A stretch of 64,000 bases of DNA. Origin: Eledone cirrhosa. Taxonomy: Eukaryota. Positions within the stretch are counted from its first letter, which is position 1, and every line of letters starts with the position of its first letter. Location: assembly GCA_964016885.1 (NCBI GenBank), contig OZ024740.1:416020001-416084000 (forward strand), written 5' to 3'. The translations under genes and the position numbers were made by a program. Below are positions 30,646 to 45,279 of this stretch, piece by piece. Under the pieces are notes generated by a model. It saw only the letters and a program-made list of their open reading frames with translations. It ran no database searches and had not been told where the DNA came from.

Positions 30646-30740
30646 GAATTGCTAAATTTATTTACTACTCAAACCTTTAGAATTGCTAAATTTATTTACT
30701 ATTGAAACCTTTAGAATTGCTAAATTAATTTACTACTCAA

Positions 30741-33700
30741 ACCTTTAGAATTGCTAAATGTATTTACTACTCACACTTTTAGAATTGCTAAATTTATTTA
30801 CTACTCAAACCTTTAGAATTGCTAAAAAAATTTACTACTCAAACCTTTAGAATTGCTAAATTTATTACTACTCAAACCTTTAGAATTGCTAAATTTATTA
30901 ACTACTCAAACCTTTAGAATTGCTAAATTTATTTACTACTCAAACCTTTAGAATTGCTAAATTTATTTACTACTCAAACCTTTTGAATTGCTAAATTTAT
31001 TCACTACTCAAACCTTTAGAATTGCTAAATTTATTTACTACTCAAACCTTTAGAATTGCTAAATTTATTCACTACTCAAACCTTTAGAATTGCTAAATTT
31101 ATTCACTACTCAAACCTTTAGAATTTACTAAATTTATTTCCTACTCAAACCTTTAGAATTGCTAAATTTATTTACTACTCAAACCTTTAGAATTGCTAAA
31201 TTTATTTACTACTCAAACCTTTAGAATTGCTAAATTTATTAACTATTCAAACCTATAGAATTGCTAAAATTATTTACTACTCAAACCTTTAGAATTGCTA
31301 AATTTATTTACTACTCAAACCTTTAGAATTGATAAAATTATTTACTACTCAAACCTTTAGAATTGATAAATTTATTTACTATTCAATCCTTTAGAATTGC
31401 GAAATTTATTTACTACTCAAACCTTTAGAATTGCTAAATTTATTTACTACTCAAACCTTTAGAATTGCTAAATTTATTAACTACTCAAACCTTTAGAATT
31501 GCTAAATTTATTTACTACTCAAACCTTTAGAATTGCTAAATTTATTTCATACTCAAACCTTTAGAATTGCTAAATTTATTCACTACTCAAACCTTTAGAA
31601 TTGCTAAATTTATTTACTACTCAAACCTTTAGAATTGCTAAATTTATTAACTACTCAAACCTTCAGAATTGCTAAATTTATTAACTACTCAAACCTTTAG
31701 AATTGCTAAATTTATTTACTACTCAAACCTTTAGTATTGCTATATTTATTACTACTCAAACCTTTAGAATTGCTAAATTTATTAACTACTCAAACCTTTA
31801 GAATTGCTAAATTTATTTACTACTCAAACCTTTAGAATTGCTAAATTTATTTACTATTCAAACCTTTAGAATTGATGAATTTATTTACTACTCAAACCTT
31901 TAGAAGTGCTAAATTTATTTACTACTCAAACCTTTAGAATTGCTAAATTTATTACTACGCAAACCTTTAGAATTGCTAAATTTATTAACTACTCAAACCT
32001 TTAGAATTGCTAAATTTATTTACTACTCAAACCTTTAGAATTGCTAAATTTATTCACTACAAACCTTTAGAATTGCTAAATTTATTCACTACTCAAACCT
32101 TTTGAATTGCTAAATTTATTTACTACTCAAACCTTTAGAATTGCTAAATTTATTTACTATTCAAACCTTTAGAATTGCTAAATTTATTTACTAGTCACAC
32201 CTTTAGAATTGCTAAATGTATTTACTACTCACACCTTTAGAATTGCTATATTTATTTACTAATCGAACCTTTAGAATTGCTAAATTTATTTACTAGTCAC
32301 ACCTTTAGAATTGCTAAATGTATTTACTACTCACACTTTTAGAATTGCTAAATTTATTTACTACTCAAACCTTTAGAATTGCTAAAAAATTTTACTACTC
32401 AAACCTTTAGAATTGCTAAATTTATTACTACTCAAACCTTTAGAATTGCTAAATTTATTAACTACTCAAACCTTTAGAATTGCTAAATTTATTTACTACT
32501 CAAACCTTTAGAATTGCTAAATTTATTTACTACTCAAACCTTTTGAATTGCTAAATTTATTCACTACTCAAACCTTTAGAATTGCTAAATTTATTTACTA
32601 CTCAAACCTTTAGAATTGCTAAATTTATTCACTACTCAAACCTTTAGAATTGCTAAATTTATTCACTACTCAAACCTTTAGAATTTACTAAATTTATTTC
32701 CTACTCAAACCTTTAGAATTGCTAAATTTATTTACTACTCAAACCTTTAGAATTGCTAAATTTATTTACTACTCAAACCTTTAGAATTGCTAAATTTATT
32801 AACTATTCAAACCTATAGAATTGCTAAAATTATTTACTACTCAAACCTTTAGAATTGCTAAATTTATTTACTACTCAAACCTTTAGAATTGATAAAATTA
32901 TTTACTACTCAAACCTTTAGAATTGATAAATTTATTTACTATTCAATCCTTTAGAATTGCGAAATTTATTTACTACTCAAACCTTTAGAATTGCTAAATT
33001 TATTTACTACTCAAACCTTTAGAATTGCTAAATTTATTAACTACTCAAACCTTTAGAATTGCTAAATTTATTTACTACTCAAACCTTTAGAATTGCTAAA
33101 TTTATTTCATACTCAAACCTTTAGAATTGCTAAATTTATTCACTACTCAAACCTTTAGAATTGCTAAATTTATTTACTACTCAAACCTTTAGAATTGCTA
33201 AATTTATTAACTACTCAAACCTTCAGAATTGCTAAATTTATTAACTACTCAAACCTTTAGAATTGCTAAATTTATTTACTACTCAAACCTTTAGTATTGC
33301 TATATTTATTACTACTCAAACCTTTAGAATTGCTAAATTTATTAACTACTCAAACCTTTAGAATTGCTAAATTTATTTACTACTCAAACCTTTAGAATTG
33401 CTAAATTTATTTACTATTCAAACCTTTAGAATTGATGAATTTATTTACTACTCAAACCTTTAGAAGTGCTAAATTTATTTACTACTCAAACCTTTAGAAT
33501 TGCTAAATTTATTACTACGCAAACCTTTAGAATTGCTAAATTTATTAACTACTCAAACCTTTAGAATTGCTAAATTTATTTACTACTCAAACCTTTAGAA
33601 TTGCTAAATTTATTCACTACAAACCTTTAGAATTGCTAAATTTATTCACTACTCAAACCTTTTGAATTGCTAAATTTATTTACTACTCAAACCTTTAGAA

Positions 33701-33896
33701 TTGCTAAATTTATTTACTATTCAAACCTTTAGAATTGCTAAATTTATTTACTAGTCACACCTTTAGAATTGCTAAATGTATTTACTACTCACACCTTTAG
33801 AATTGCTATATTTATTTACTAATCGAACCTTTAGAATTGCTAAATTTATTTACTAGTCACACCTTTAGAATTGCTAAATGTATTTACTACTCACAC
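30741..33896 (+). repeat. Near-identical 1560-bp (46-monomer) tandem duplication
   Basis: The printed 60-nt lines from 30841 onward match those 1560 nt later. Rare markers: TAGAAGTGCT at 31901 and 33461, and GCGAAA at ~31399 and ~32959. The only difference I saw is A7T3 (~30824) versus A6T4 (~32384). Confidence 0.93.
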
Positions 33897-36800
33897 CTTT
33901 AGAATTGCTATATTTATTTACTATTCAAACCTTTAGAATTGCTAAATTTATTTACTAGTCACACCTTTAGAATTGCTAAATGTATTTACTACTCATACCT
34001 TTAGAATTGCTAAATTTATTTACTACTCAAACCTTTAGAATTGCTAAATTTATTTACTACTCAAACCTTTAGAATTGCTAAATTTATTAACTACTCAAAC
34101 CTTTAGAATTGCTAAATGATTTACACCTCAAACCTTTGGAATTGCTATATTTATTACTACTCAAACCTTTAGAATTGCTAAATTTATTAACTACTCAAAC
34201 CTTTAGAATTGCTAAATTTATTTACTACTCAAACCTTTAGAATTGCTAAATTTATTCACTACTCAAACCTTTAGAATTGCTAAATTTATTCACTACTCAA
34301 ACTTTTAGAATTGCTCAAATTATTTACTACTCAAACCTTTAGAATTGCTAAATTTATTTACTACTCAAACCTTTAGAATTGCTAAATTTATTTACTACTC
34401 AAACCATTAGAATTGATGAATTTATTTACTACTCAAACCTTTAGAATTGCTAAATTTATTTACTACTCAAACCTTTAGAATTGCTAAATTTATTTACTAC
34501 TCAAACTTTTGAATTGCTAAATTTATTCACTACTCAAACCTTTAGAATTGCTAAATTTATTTACTACTCAAACCTTTAGAATTGCTAAATGTATTTACTA
34601 CTCACACTTTTAGAATTGCTAAATTTATTTACTACTCAAACCTTTAGAATTGCTAAACTTATTTACTACTCAAACCTTTAGAATTGCTAAATTTATTAAC
34701 TATTCAAACCTATAGAATTGCTAAAATTATTTACTACTCAAACCTTTAGAATTGCTAAAAAATTTTACTACTCAAACCTTTAGAATTGCTAAATTTATTA
34801 CTACTCAAACCTTTAGAATCGCTAAATTTATTAACTACTCAAACCTTTAGAATTGATAAATTTATTTACTACTCAAACCTTTAGAATTGCTAAATTTATT
34901 TACTACTCAAACCTTTTGAATTGCTAAATTTATTCACTACTCAAACCTTTAGAATTGCTAAATTTATTTACTACTCAAACCTTTAGAATTACTAAATTTA
35001 TTAACTACTCAAACCTTTAGAATTGCTCAAATTATTTACTACTCAACCTTTAGAATTGCTAAATTTATTTACTATTGAAACCTTTAGAATTGCTAAATTT
35101 ATTTACTACTCAAACCTTTAGAATTGCTAAATGTATTTACTACTCACACTTTTAGAATTGCTAAATTTATTTACTACTCAAACCTTTAGAATTGCTAAAT
35201 TTATTTACTACTCAAACCTTTAGAATTGCTAAATTTATTAACTATTCAAACCTATAGAATTGCTAAAATTATTTACTACTCAAACCTTTAGAATTGCTAA
35301 ATTTATTTACTACTCAAACCTTTAGAATTGATAAATTTATTTACTACTCAAACCTTTAGAATTGCTAAATTTATTTACTATTCAATCCTTTAGAATTGCT
35401 AAATTTATTTACTACTCAAACCTTTAGAATTGCTAAATTTATTCACTACTCAAACCTTTAGAATTGCTAAATTTATTTACTACTCAAACCTTTAGAATTG
35501 CTAAATTTATTAACTACTCAAACCTTTAGAATTGGTAAATGTATTTACTACTCAAATCTTTGGAATTGCTAAATTTATTTACTACTCAAACCTTTAGAAT
35601 TGCTAAATTTATTTACTACTCAAACCTTTTGAATTGATGAATTTATTTACTACTCAAACCTTTAGAATTGCTAAATTTATTTACTACTCAAACCTTTAGA
35701 ATTGCTAAATTTATTACTACGCAAACCTTTAGAATTGCTAAATTTATTAACTACTCAAACCTTTAGAATTGCTAAATTTATTTACTACTCAAACCTTTAG
35801 AATTGCTAAATTTATTCACTACTCAAACCTTTAGAATTGCTAAATTTATTCACTACTCAAACCTTTAGAATTTACTAAATTTATTTCCTACTCAAACCTT
35901 TAGAATTGCTAAATTTATTAACTACTCAAACCTTTAGAATTGCTAAATGATTTACACCTCAAACCTTTGGAATTGCTATATTTATTACTACTCAAACCTT
36001 TAGAATTGCTAAATTTATTAACTACTCAAACCTTTAGAATTGCTAAATTTATTTACTACTCAAACCTTTAGAATTGCTAAATTTATTCACTACTCAAACC
36101 TTTAGAATTGCTAAATTTATTCACTACTCAAACTTTTAGAATTGCTCAAATTATTTACTACTCAAACCTTTAGAATTGCTAAATTTATTTACTACTCAAA
36201 CCTTTAGAATTGCTAAATTTATTTACTACTCAAACCATTAGAATTGATGAATTTATTTACTACTCAAACCTTTAGAATTGCTAAATTTATTTACTACTCA
36301 AACCTTTAGAATTGCTAAATTTATTTACTACTCAAACTTTTGAATTGCTAAATTTATTCACTACTCAAACCTTTAGAATTGCTAAATTTATTTACTACTC
36401 AAACCTTTAGAATTGCTAAATGTATTTACTACTCACACCTTTAGAATTGCTATATTTATTTACTAATCGAACCTTTAGAATTGCTAAATTTATTTACTAG
36501 TCACACCTTTAGAATTGCTAAATGTATTTACTACTCACACCTTTAGAATTGCTATATTTATTTACTATTCAAACCTTTAGAATTGCTAAATTTATTTACT
36601 AGTCACACCTTTAGAATTGCTAAATGTATTTACTACTCATACCTTTAGAATTGCTAAATTTATTTACTACTCAAACCTTTAGAATTGCTAAATTTATTTA
36701 CTACTCAAACCTTTAGAATTGCTAAATTTATTAACTACTCAAACCTTTAGAATTGCTAAATGATTTACACCTCAAACCTTTGGAATTGCTATATTTATTA

Positions 36801-39065
36801 CTACTCAAACCTTTAGAATTGCTAAATTTATTAACTACTCAAACCTTTAGAATTGCTAAATTTATTTACTACTCAAACCTTTAGAATTGCTAAATTTATT
36901 CACTACTCAAACCTTTAGAATTGCTAAATTTATTCACTACTCAAACTTTTAGAATTGCTCAAATTATTTACTACTCAAACCTTTAGAATTGCTAAATTTA
37001 TTTACTACTCAAACCTTTAGAATTGCTAAATTTATTTACTACTCAAACCATTAGAATTGATGAATTTATTTACTACTCAAACCTTTAGAATTGCTAAATT
37101 TATTTACTACTCAAACCTTTAGAATTGCTAAATTTATTTACTACTCAAACTTTTGAATTGCTAAATTTATTCACTACTCAAACCTTTAGAATTGCTAAAT
37201 TTATTTACTACTCAAACCTTTAGAATTGCTAAATGTATTTACTACTCACACTTTTAGAATTGCTAAATTTATTTACTACTCAAACCTTTAGAATTGCTAA
37301 ACTTATTTACTACTCAAACCTTTAGAATTGCTAAATTTATTAACTATTCAAACCTATAGAATTGCTAAAATTATTTACTACTCAAACCTTTAGAATTGCT
37401 AAAAAATTTTACTACTCAAACCTTTAGAATTGCTAAATTTATTACTACTCAAACCTTTAGAATCGCTAAATTTATTAACTACTCAAACCTTTAGAATTGA
37501 TAAATTTATTTACTACTCAAACCTTTAGAATTGCTAAATTTATTTACTACTCAAACCTTTTGAATTGCTAAATTTATTCACTACTCAAACCTTTAGAATT
37601 GCTAAATTTATTTACTACTCAAACCTTTAGAATTACTAAATTTATTAACTACTCAAACCTTTAGAATTGCTCAAATTATTTACTACTCAACCTTTAGAAT
37701 TGCTAAATTTATTTACTATTGAAACCTTTAGAATTGCTAAATTTATTTACTACTCAAACCTTTAGAATTGCTAAATGTATTTACTACTCACACTTTTAGA
37801 ATTGCTAAATTTATTTACTACTCAAACCTTTAGAATTGCTAAATTTATTTACTACTCAAACCTTTAGAATTGCTAAATTTATTAACTATTCAAACCTATA
37901 GAATTGCTAAAATTATTTACTACTCAAACCTTTAGAATTGCTAAATTTATTTACTACTCAAACCTTTAGAATTGATAAATTTATTTACTACTCAAACCTT
38001 TAGAATTGCTAAATTTATTTACTATTCAATCCTTTAGAATTGCTAAATTTATTTACTACTCAAACCTTTAGAATTGCTAAATTTATTCACTACTCAAACC
38101 TTTAGAATTGCTAAATTTATTTACTACTCAAACCTTTAGAATTGCTAAATTTATTAACTACTCAAACCTTTAGAATTGGTAAATGTATTTACTACTCAAA
38201 TCTTTGGAATTGCTAAATTTATTTACTACTCAAACCTTTAGAATTGCTAAATTTATTTACTACTCAAACCTTTTGAATTGATGAATTTATTTACTACTCA
38301 AACCTTTAGAATTGCTAAATTTATTTACTACTCAAACCTTTAGAATTGCTAAATTTATTACTACGCAAACCTTTAGAATTGCTAAATTTATTAACTACTC
38401 AAACCTTTAGAATTGCTAAATTTATTTACTACTCAAACCTTTAGAATTGCTAAATTTATTCACTACTCAAACCTTTAGAATTGCTAAATTTATTCACTAC
38501 TCAAACCTTTAGAATTTACTAAATTTATTTCCTACTCAAACCTTTAGAATTGCTAAATTTATTAACTACTCAAACCTTTAGAATTGCTAAATGATTTACA
38601 CCTCAAACCTTTGGAATTGCTATATTTATTACTACTCAAACCTTTAGAATTGCTAAATTTATTAACTACTCAAACCTTTAGAATTGCTAAATTTATTTAC
38701 TACTCAAACCTTTAGAATTGCTAAATTTATTCACTACTCAAACCTTTAGAATTGCTAAATTTATTCACTACTCAAACTTTTAGAATTGCTCAAATTATTT
38801 ACTACTCAAACCTTTAGAATTGCTAAATTTATTTACTACTCAAACCTTTAGAATTGCTAAATTTATTTACTACTCAAACCATTAGAATTGATGAATTTAT
38901 TTACTACTCAAACCTTTAGAATTGCTAAATTTATTTACTACTCAAACCTTTAGAATTGCTAAATTTATTTACTACTCAAACTTTTGAATTGCTAAATTTA
39001 TTCACTACTCAAACCTTTAGAATTGCTAAATTTATTTACTACTCAAACCTTTAGAATTGCTAAAT
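33760..39065 (+). repeat. Near-identical 2644-bp (~78-monomer) tandem duplication
   Basis: AATCGAAC at 33821 and 36465, AATCGCT at 34817 and 37461, and ATTGGT at 35531 and 38175, all at offset 2644. Confidence 0.92.
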
Positions 39066-41544
39066 TTATTTACTACTCAAACCTTTTGAATTGCTAAATT
39101 TATTCACTACTCAAACCTTTAGAATTGCTAAATTTATTTACTACTCAAACCTTTAGAATTACTAAATTTATTAACTACTCAAATCTTTAGAATTGCTCAA
39201 ATTATTTACTACTCAAACCTTTAGAATTGCTAAATTTATTTACTATTGAAACCTTTAGAATTGCTAAATTAATTTACTACTCAAACCTTTAGAATTGCTA
39301 AATGTATTTACTACTCACACTTTTAGAATTGCTAAATTTATTTACTACTCAAACCTTTAGAATTGCTAAACTTATTTACTACTCAAACCTTTAGAATTGC
39401 TAAATTTATTAACTATTCAAACCTATAGAATTGCTAAAATTATTTACTACTCAAACCTTTAGAATTGCTAAAATTTTTTACTACTCAAACCTTTAGAATT
39501 GCTAAATTTATTACTACTCAAACCTTTAGAATTGCTAAATTTATTAACTACTCAAACCTTTAGAATTGCTAAATTTATTTACTACTCAAACCTTTAGAAT
39601 TGCTAAATTTATTTACTACTCAAACCTTTTGAATTGCTAAATTTATTCACTACTCAAACCTTTAGAATTGCTAAATTTATTTACTACTCAAACCTTTAGA
39701 ATTACTAAATTTATTAGATACTCAAACCTTTAGAATTGCTCAAATTATTTACTACTCAACCTTTAGAATTGCTAAATTTATTTACTATTGAAACCTTTAG
39801 AATTGCTATATTTATTTACTACTCAAACCTTTAGAATTGCTAAATGTATTTACTACTCACACTTTTAGAATTGCTAAATTTATTTACTACTCAAACCTTT
39901 AGAATTGCTAAATTTATTTACTACTCAAACCTTTAGAATTGCTAAATTCATTAACTATTCAAACCTATAGAATTGCTAAAATTATTTACTACTCAAACCT
40001 TTAGAATTGCTAAATTTATTTACTACTCAAACCTTTAGAATTGATAAATTTATTTACTACTCAAACCTTTAGAATTGCTAAATTTATTTACTATTCAATC
40101 CTTTAGAATTGCTAGATTTATTTACTACTCAAACCTTTAGAATTGCTAAATTTATTCACTACTCAAACCTTTAGAATTGCTAAATTTATTTACTACTCAA
40201 ACCTTTAGAATTGCTAAATTTATTAACTACTCAAACCTTTAGAATTGGTAAATGTATTTACTACTCAAATCTTTGGAATTGCTAAATTTATTTACTACTC
40301 AAACCTTTAGAATTGCTAAATTTATTTACTACTCAAACCTTTTGAATTGATGAATTTATTTACTACTCAAACCTTTAGAATTGCTAAATTTATTTACTAC
40401 TCAAACCTTTAGAATTGCTAAATTTATTACTACGCAAACCTTTAGAATTGCTAAATTTATTAACTACTCAAACCTTTAGAATTGCTAAATTTATTTACTA
40501 CTCAAACCTTTAGAATTGCTAAATTTATTCACTACTCAAACCTTTAGAATTGCTAAATTTATTCACTACTCAAACCTTTAGAATTTACTAAATTTATTTC
40601 CTACTCAAACCTTTAGAATTGCTAAATTTATTTACTACTCAAACCTTTAGAATTGCTAAATTTATTTACTACTCAAACCTTTAGAATTGCTAAATTTATT
40701 AACTATTCAAACCTATAGAATTGCTAAAATTATTTACTACTCAAACCTTTAGAATTGCTAAATTTATTTACTACTCAAACCTTTAGAATTGATAAATTTA
40801 TTTACTACTCAAACCTTTAGAATTGATAAATTTATTTACTATTCAATCCTTTAGAATTGCTAAATTTATTTACTACTCAAACCTTTAGAATTGCTAAATT
40901 TATTTACTACTCAAACCTTTAGAATTGCTAAATTTATTAACTACTCAAACCTTTAGAATTGCTAAATTTATTTACTACTCAAACCTTTAGAATTGCTAAA
41001 TTTATTTCATACTCAAACCTTTAGAATTGCTAAATTTATTCACTACTCAAACCTTTAGAATTGCTAAATTTATTTACTACTCAAACCTTTAGAATTGCTA
41101 AATTTATTAACTACTCAAACCTTCAGAATTGCTAAATTTATTAACTACTCAAACCTTTAGAATTGCTAAATTTATTTACTACTCAAACCTTTAGTATTGC
41201 TATATTTATTACTACTCAAACCTTTAGAATTGCTAAATTTATTAACTACTCAAACCTTTAGAATTGCTAAATTTATTTACTACTCAAACCTTTAGAATTG
41301 CTAAATTTATTTACTTTTCAAACCTTTAGAATTGATGAATTTATTTACTACTCAAACCTTTAGAATTGCTAAATTTATTTACTACTCAAACCTTTAGAAT
41401 TGCTAAATTTATTACTACGCAAACCTTTAGAATTGCTAAATTTATTAACTACTCAAACCTTTAGAATTGCTAAATGTATTTACTACTCAAACCTTTAGAA
41501 TTGCTAAATTTATTCACTACAAACCTTTAGAATTGCTAAATTTA

Positions 41545-44500
41545 TTCACTACTCAAACCTTTTGAATTGCTAAATTTATTTACTACTCAAACCTTTAGAA
41601 TTGCTAAATTTATTTACTATTCAAACCTTTAGAATTGCTAAATTTATTTACTAGTCACACCTTTAGAATTGCTAAATGTATTTACTACTCACACCTTTAG
41701 AATTGCTATATTTATTTACTAATCGAACCTTTAGAATTGCTAAATTTATTTACTATTCAAACCTTTAGAATTGCTAAATTTATTTACTAGTCACACCTTT
41801 AAAATTGCTAAATGTATTTACTACTCATACCTTTAGAATTGCTAAATTTATTTACTACTCAAACCTTTAGAATTGCTAAATTTATTTACTACTCAAACCT
41901 TTAGAATTGCTAAATTTATTAACTACTCAAACCTTTAGAATTGCTAAATGATTTACACCTCAAACCTTTGGAATTGCTATATTTATTACTACTCAAATCT
42001 TTAGAATTGCTAAATTTATTAACTACTCAAACCTTTAGAATTGCTAAATTTATTTACTACTCAAACCTTTAGAATTGCTAAATTTATTCACTACTCAAAC
42101 CTTTAGAATTGCTAAATTTATTCACTACTCAAACTTTTGGAATTGCTCAAATTATTTACTACTCAAACCTTTAGAATTGCTAAATTTATTTACTACTCAA
42201 ACCTTTAGAATTGCTAAATTTATTTACTACTCAAACCATTAGAATTGATGAATTTATTTACTACTCAAACCTTTAGAATTGCTAAATTTATTTACTACTC
42301 AAACCTTTAGAATTGCTAAATTTATTTACTACTGAAACTTTTGAATTGCTAAATTTATTCACTACTCAAACCTTTAGAATTGCTAAATTTATTTACTACT
42401 CAAACCTTTAGAATTGCTAAATTTATTTACTACTCAAACCTTTTGAATTGCTAAATTTATTCACTACTCAAACCTTTAGAATTGCTAAATTTATTTACTA
42501 CTCAAACCTTTAGAATTACTAAATTTATTAACTACTCAAATCTTTAGAATTGCTCAAATTATTTACTACTCAAACCTTTAGAATTGCTAAATTTATTTAC
42601 TATTGAAACCTTTAGAATTGCTAAATTAATTTCCTACTCAAACCTTTAGAATTGCTAAATGTATTTACTACTCACACTTTTAGAATTGCTAAATTTATTT
42701 ACTACTCAAACCTTTAGAATTGCTAAACTTATTTACTACTCAAACCTTTAGAATTGCTAAATTTATTAACTATTCAAACCTATAGAATTGCTAAAATTAT
42801 TTACTACTCAAACCTTTAGAATTGCTAAAATTTTTTACTACTCAAACCTTTAGAATTGCTAAATTTATTACTACTCAAACCTTTAGAATTGCTAAATTTA
42901 TTAACTACTCAAACCTTTAGAATTGCTGAATTTATTTACTACTCAAACCTTTAGAATTGCTAAATTTATTTACTACTCAAACCTTTTGAATTGCTAAATT
43001 TATTCACTACTCAAACCTTTAGAATTGCTAAATTTATTTACTACTCAAACCTTTAGAATTACTAAATTTATTAACTACTCAAACCTTTAGAATTGCTCAA
43101 ATTATTTACTAATCAAACCTTTAGAATTGCTAAATTTATTTACTACTCAAACCTTTAGAATTGCTAAATTTATTTACTACTCAAACCTTTAGAATTGATA
43201 AATTTATTTACTACTCAAACCTTTAGAATTGCTAAATTTATTTACTACTCAAACCTTTTGAATTGCTAAATTTATTTACTACTCAAACCTTTAGAATTGC
43301 TAAATTTATTTACTATTCAAACCTTTAGAATTGCTAAATTTATTTACTAGTCACACCTTTAGAATTGCTAAATGTATTTACTACTCACACCTTTAGAATT
43401 GCTATATTTATTTACTAATCGAACCTTTAGAATTGCTAAATTTATTTACTATTCAAACCTTTAGAATTGCTAAATTTATTTACTAGTCACACCTTTAAAA
43501 TTGCTAAATGTATTTACTACTCATACCTTTAGAATTGCTAAATTTATTTACTACTCAAACCTTTAGAATTGCTAAATTTATTTACTACTCAAACCTTTAG
43601 AATTGCTAAATGATTTACACCTCAAACCTTTGGAATTGCTATATTTATTACTACTCAAACCTTTAGAATTGCTAAATTTATTAACTACTCAAACCTTTAG
43701 AATTGCTAAATTTATTTACTACTCAAACCTTTAGAATTGCTAAATTTATTCACTACTCAAACCTTTAGAATTGCTAAATTTATTCACTACTCAAACTTTT
43801 GGAATTGCTCAAATTATTTACTACTCAAACCTTTAGAATTGCTAAATTTATTTACTACTCAAACCTTTAGAATTGCTAAATTTATTTACTACTCAAACCA
43901 TTAGAATTGATGAATTTATTTACTACTCAAACCTTTAGAATTGCTAAATTTATTTACTACTCAAACCTTTAGAATTGCTAAATTTATTTACTACTGAAAC
44001 TTTTGAATTGCTAAATTTATTCACTACTCAAACCTTTAGAATTGCTAAATTTATTTACTACTCAAACCTTTAGAATTGCTAAATTTATTTACTACTCAAA
44101 CCTTTTGAATTGCTAAATTTATTCACTACTCAAACCTTTAGAATTGCTAAATTTATTTACTACTCAAACCTTTAGAATTACTAAATTTATTAACTACTCA
44201 AATCTTTAGAATTGCTCAAATTATTTACTACTCAAACCTTTAGAATTGCTAAATTTATTTACTATTGAAACCTTTAGAATTGCTAAATTAATTTACTACT
44301 CAAACCTTTAGAATTGCTAAATGTATTTACTACTCACACTTTTAGAATTGCTAAATTTATTTACTACTCAAACCTTTAGAATTGCTAAACTTATTTACTA
44401 CTCAAACCTTTAGAATTGCTAAATTTATTAACTATTCAAATCTATAGAATTGCTAAAATTATTTACTACTCAAACCTTTAGAATTGCTAAAAAATTTTAC

Positions 44501-44900
44501 TACTCAAACCTTTAGAATTGCTAAATTTATTACTACTCAAACCTTTAGAATTGCTAAATTTATTAACTACTCAAACCTTTAGAATTGCTGAATTTATTTA
44601 CTACTCAAACCTTTAGAATTGTTAAATTTATTTACTACTCAAACCTTTTGAATTGCTAAATTTATTCACTACTCAAACCTTTAGAATTGCTAAATTTATT
44701 TACTACTCAAACCTTTAGAATTACTAAATTTATTAACTACTCAAACCTTTAGAATTGCTCAAATTATTTACTAATCAAACCTTTAGAATTGCTAAATTTA
44801 TTTACTACTCAAACCTTTAGAATTGCTAAATTTATTTACTACTCAAACCTTTAGAATTGATAAATTTATTTACTACTCAAACCTTTAGAATTGCTAAATT
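41545..44900 (+). repeat. Tandem duplication, offset 1696 bp then 1662 bp
   Basis: AAAATTGC (TTTAAAATTG variant) at 41801 and 43497 (offset 1696). GGAATTGCTC at 42139 and 43801, and ACTGAAACTTTTG at 42331 and 43993 (offset 1662). Confidence 0.87.
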
Positions 44901-45279
44901 TATTTACTATTCAATCCTTTAGAATTGCTAAATTTATTTACTACTCAAACCTTTAGAATTGCTAAATTTATTCACTACTCAAACCTTTAGAATTGCTAAA
45001 TTTATTTACTACTCAAACCTTTAGAATTGCTAAATTTATTTACTATTCAAACCTTTAGAATTGCTAAATTTATTAACTACTCAAACCTTTAGAATTGGTA
45101 AATGTATTTACTACTCAAATCTTTGGAATTGCTAAATTTATTTACTACTCAAACCTTTAGAATTGCTAAATTTATTTACTACTCAAACCTTTTGAATTGA
45201 TGAATTTATTTACTACTCAAACCTTTAGAATTGCTAAATTTATTTACTACTCAAACCTTTAGAATTGCTAAATTTATTA

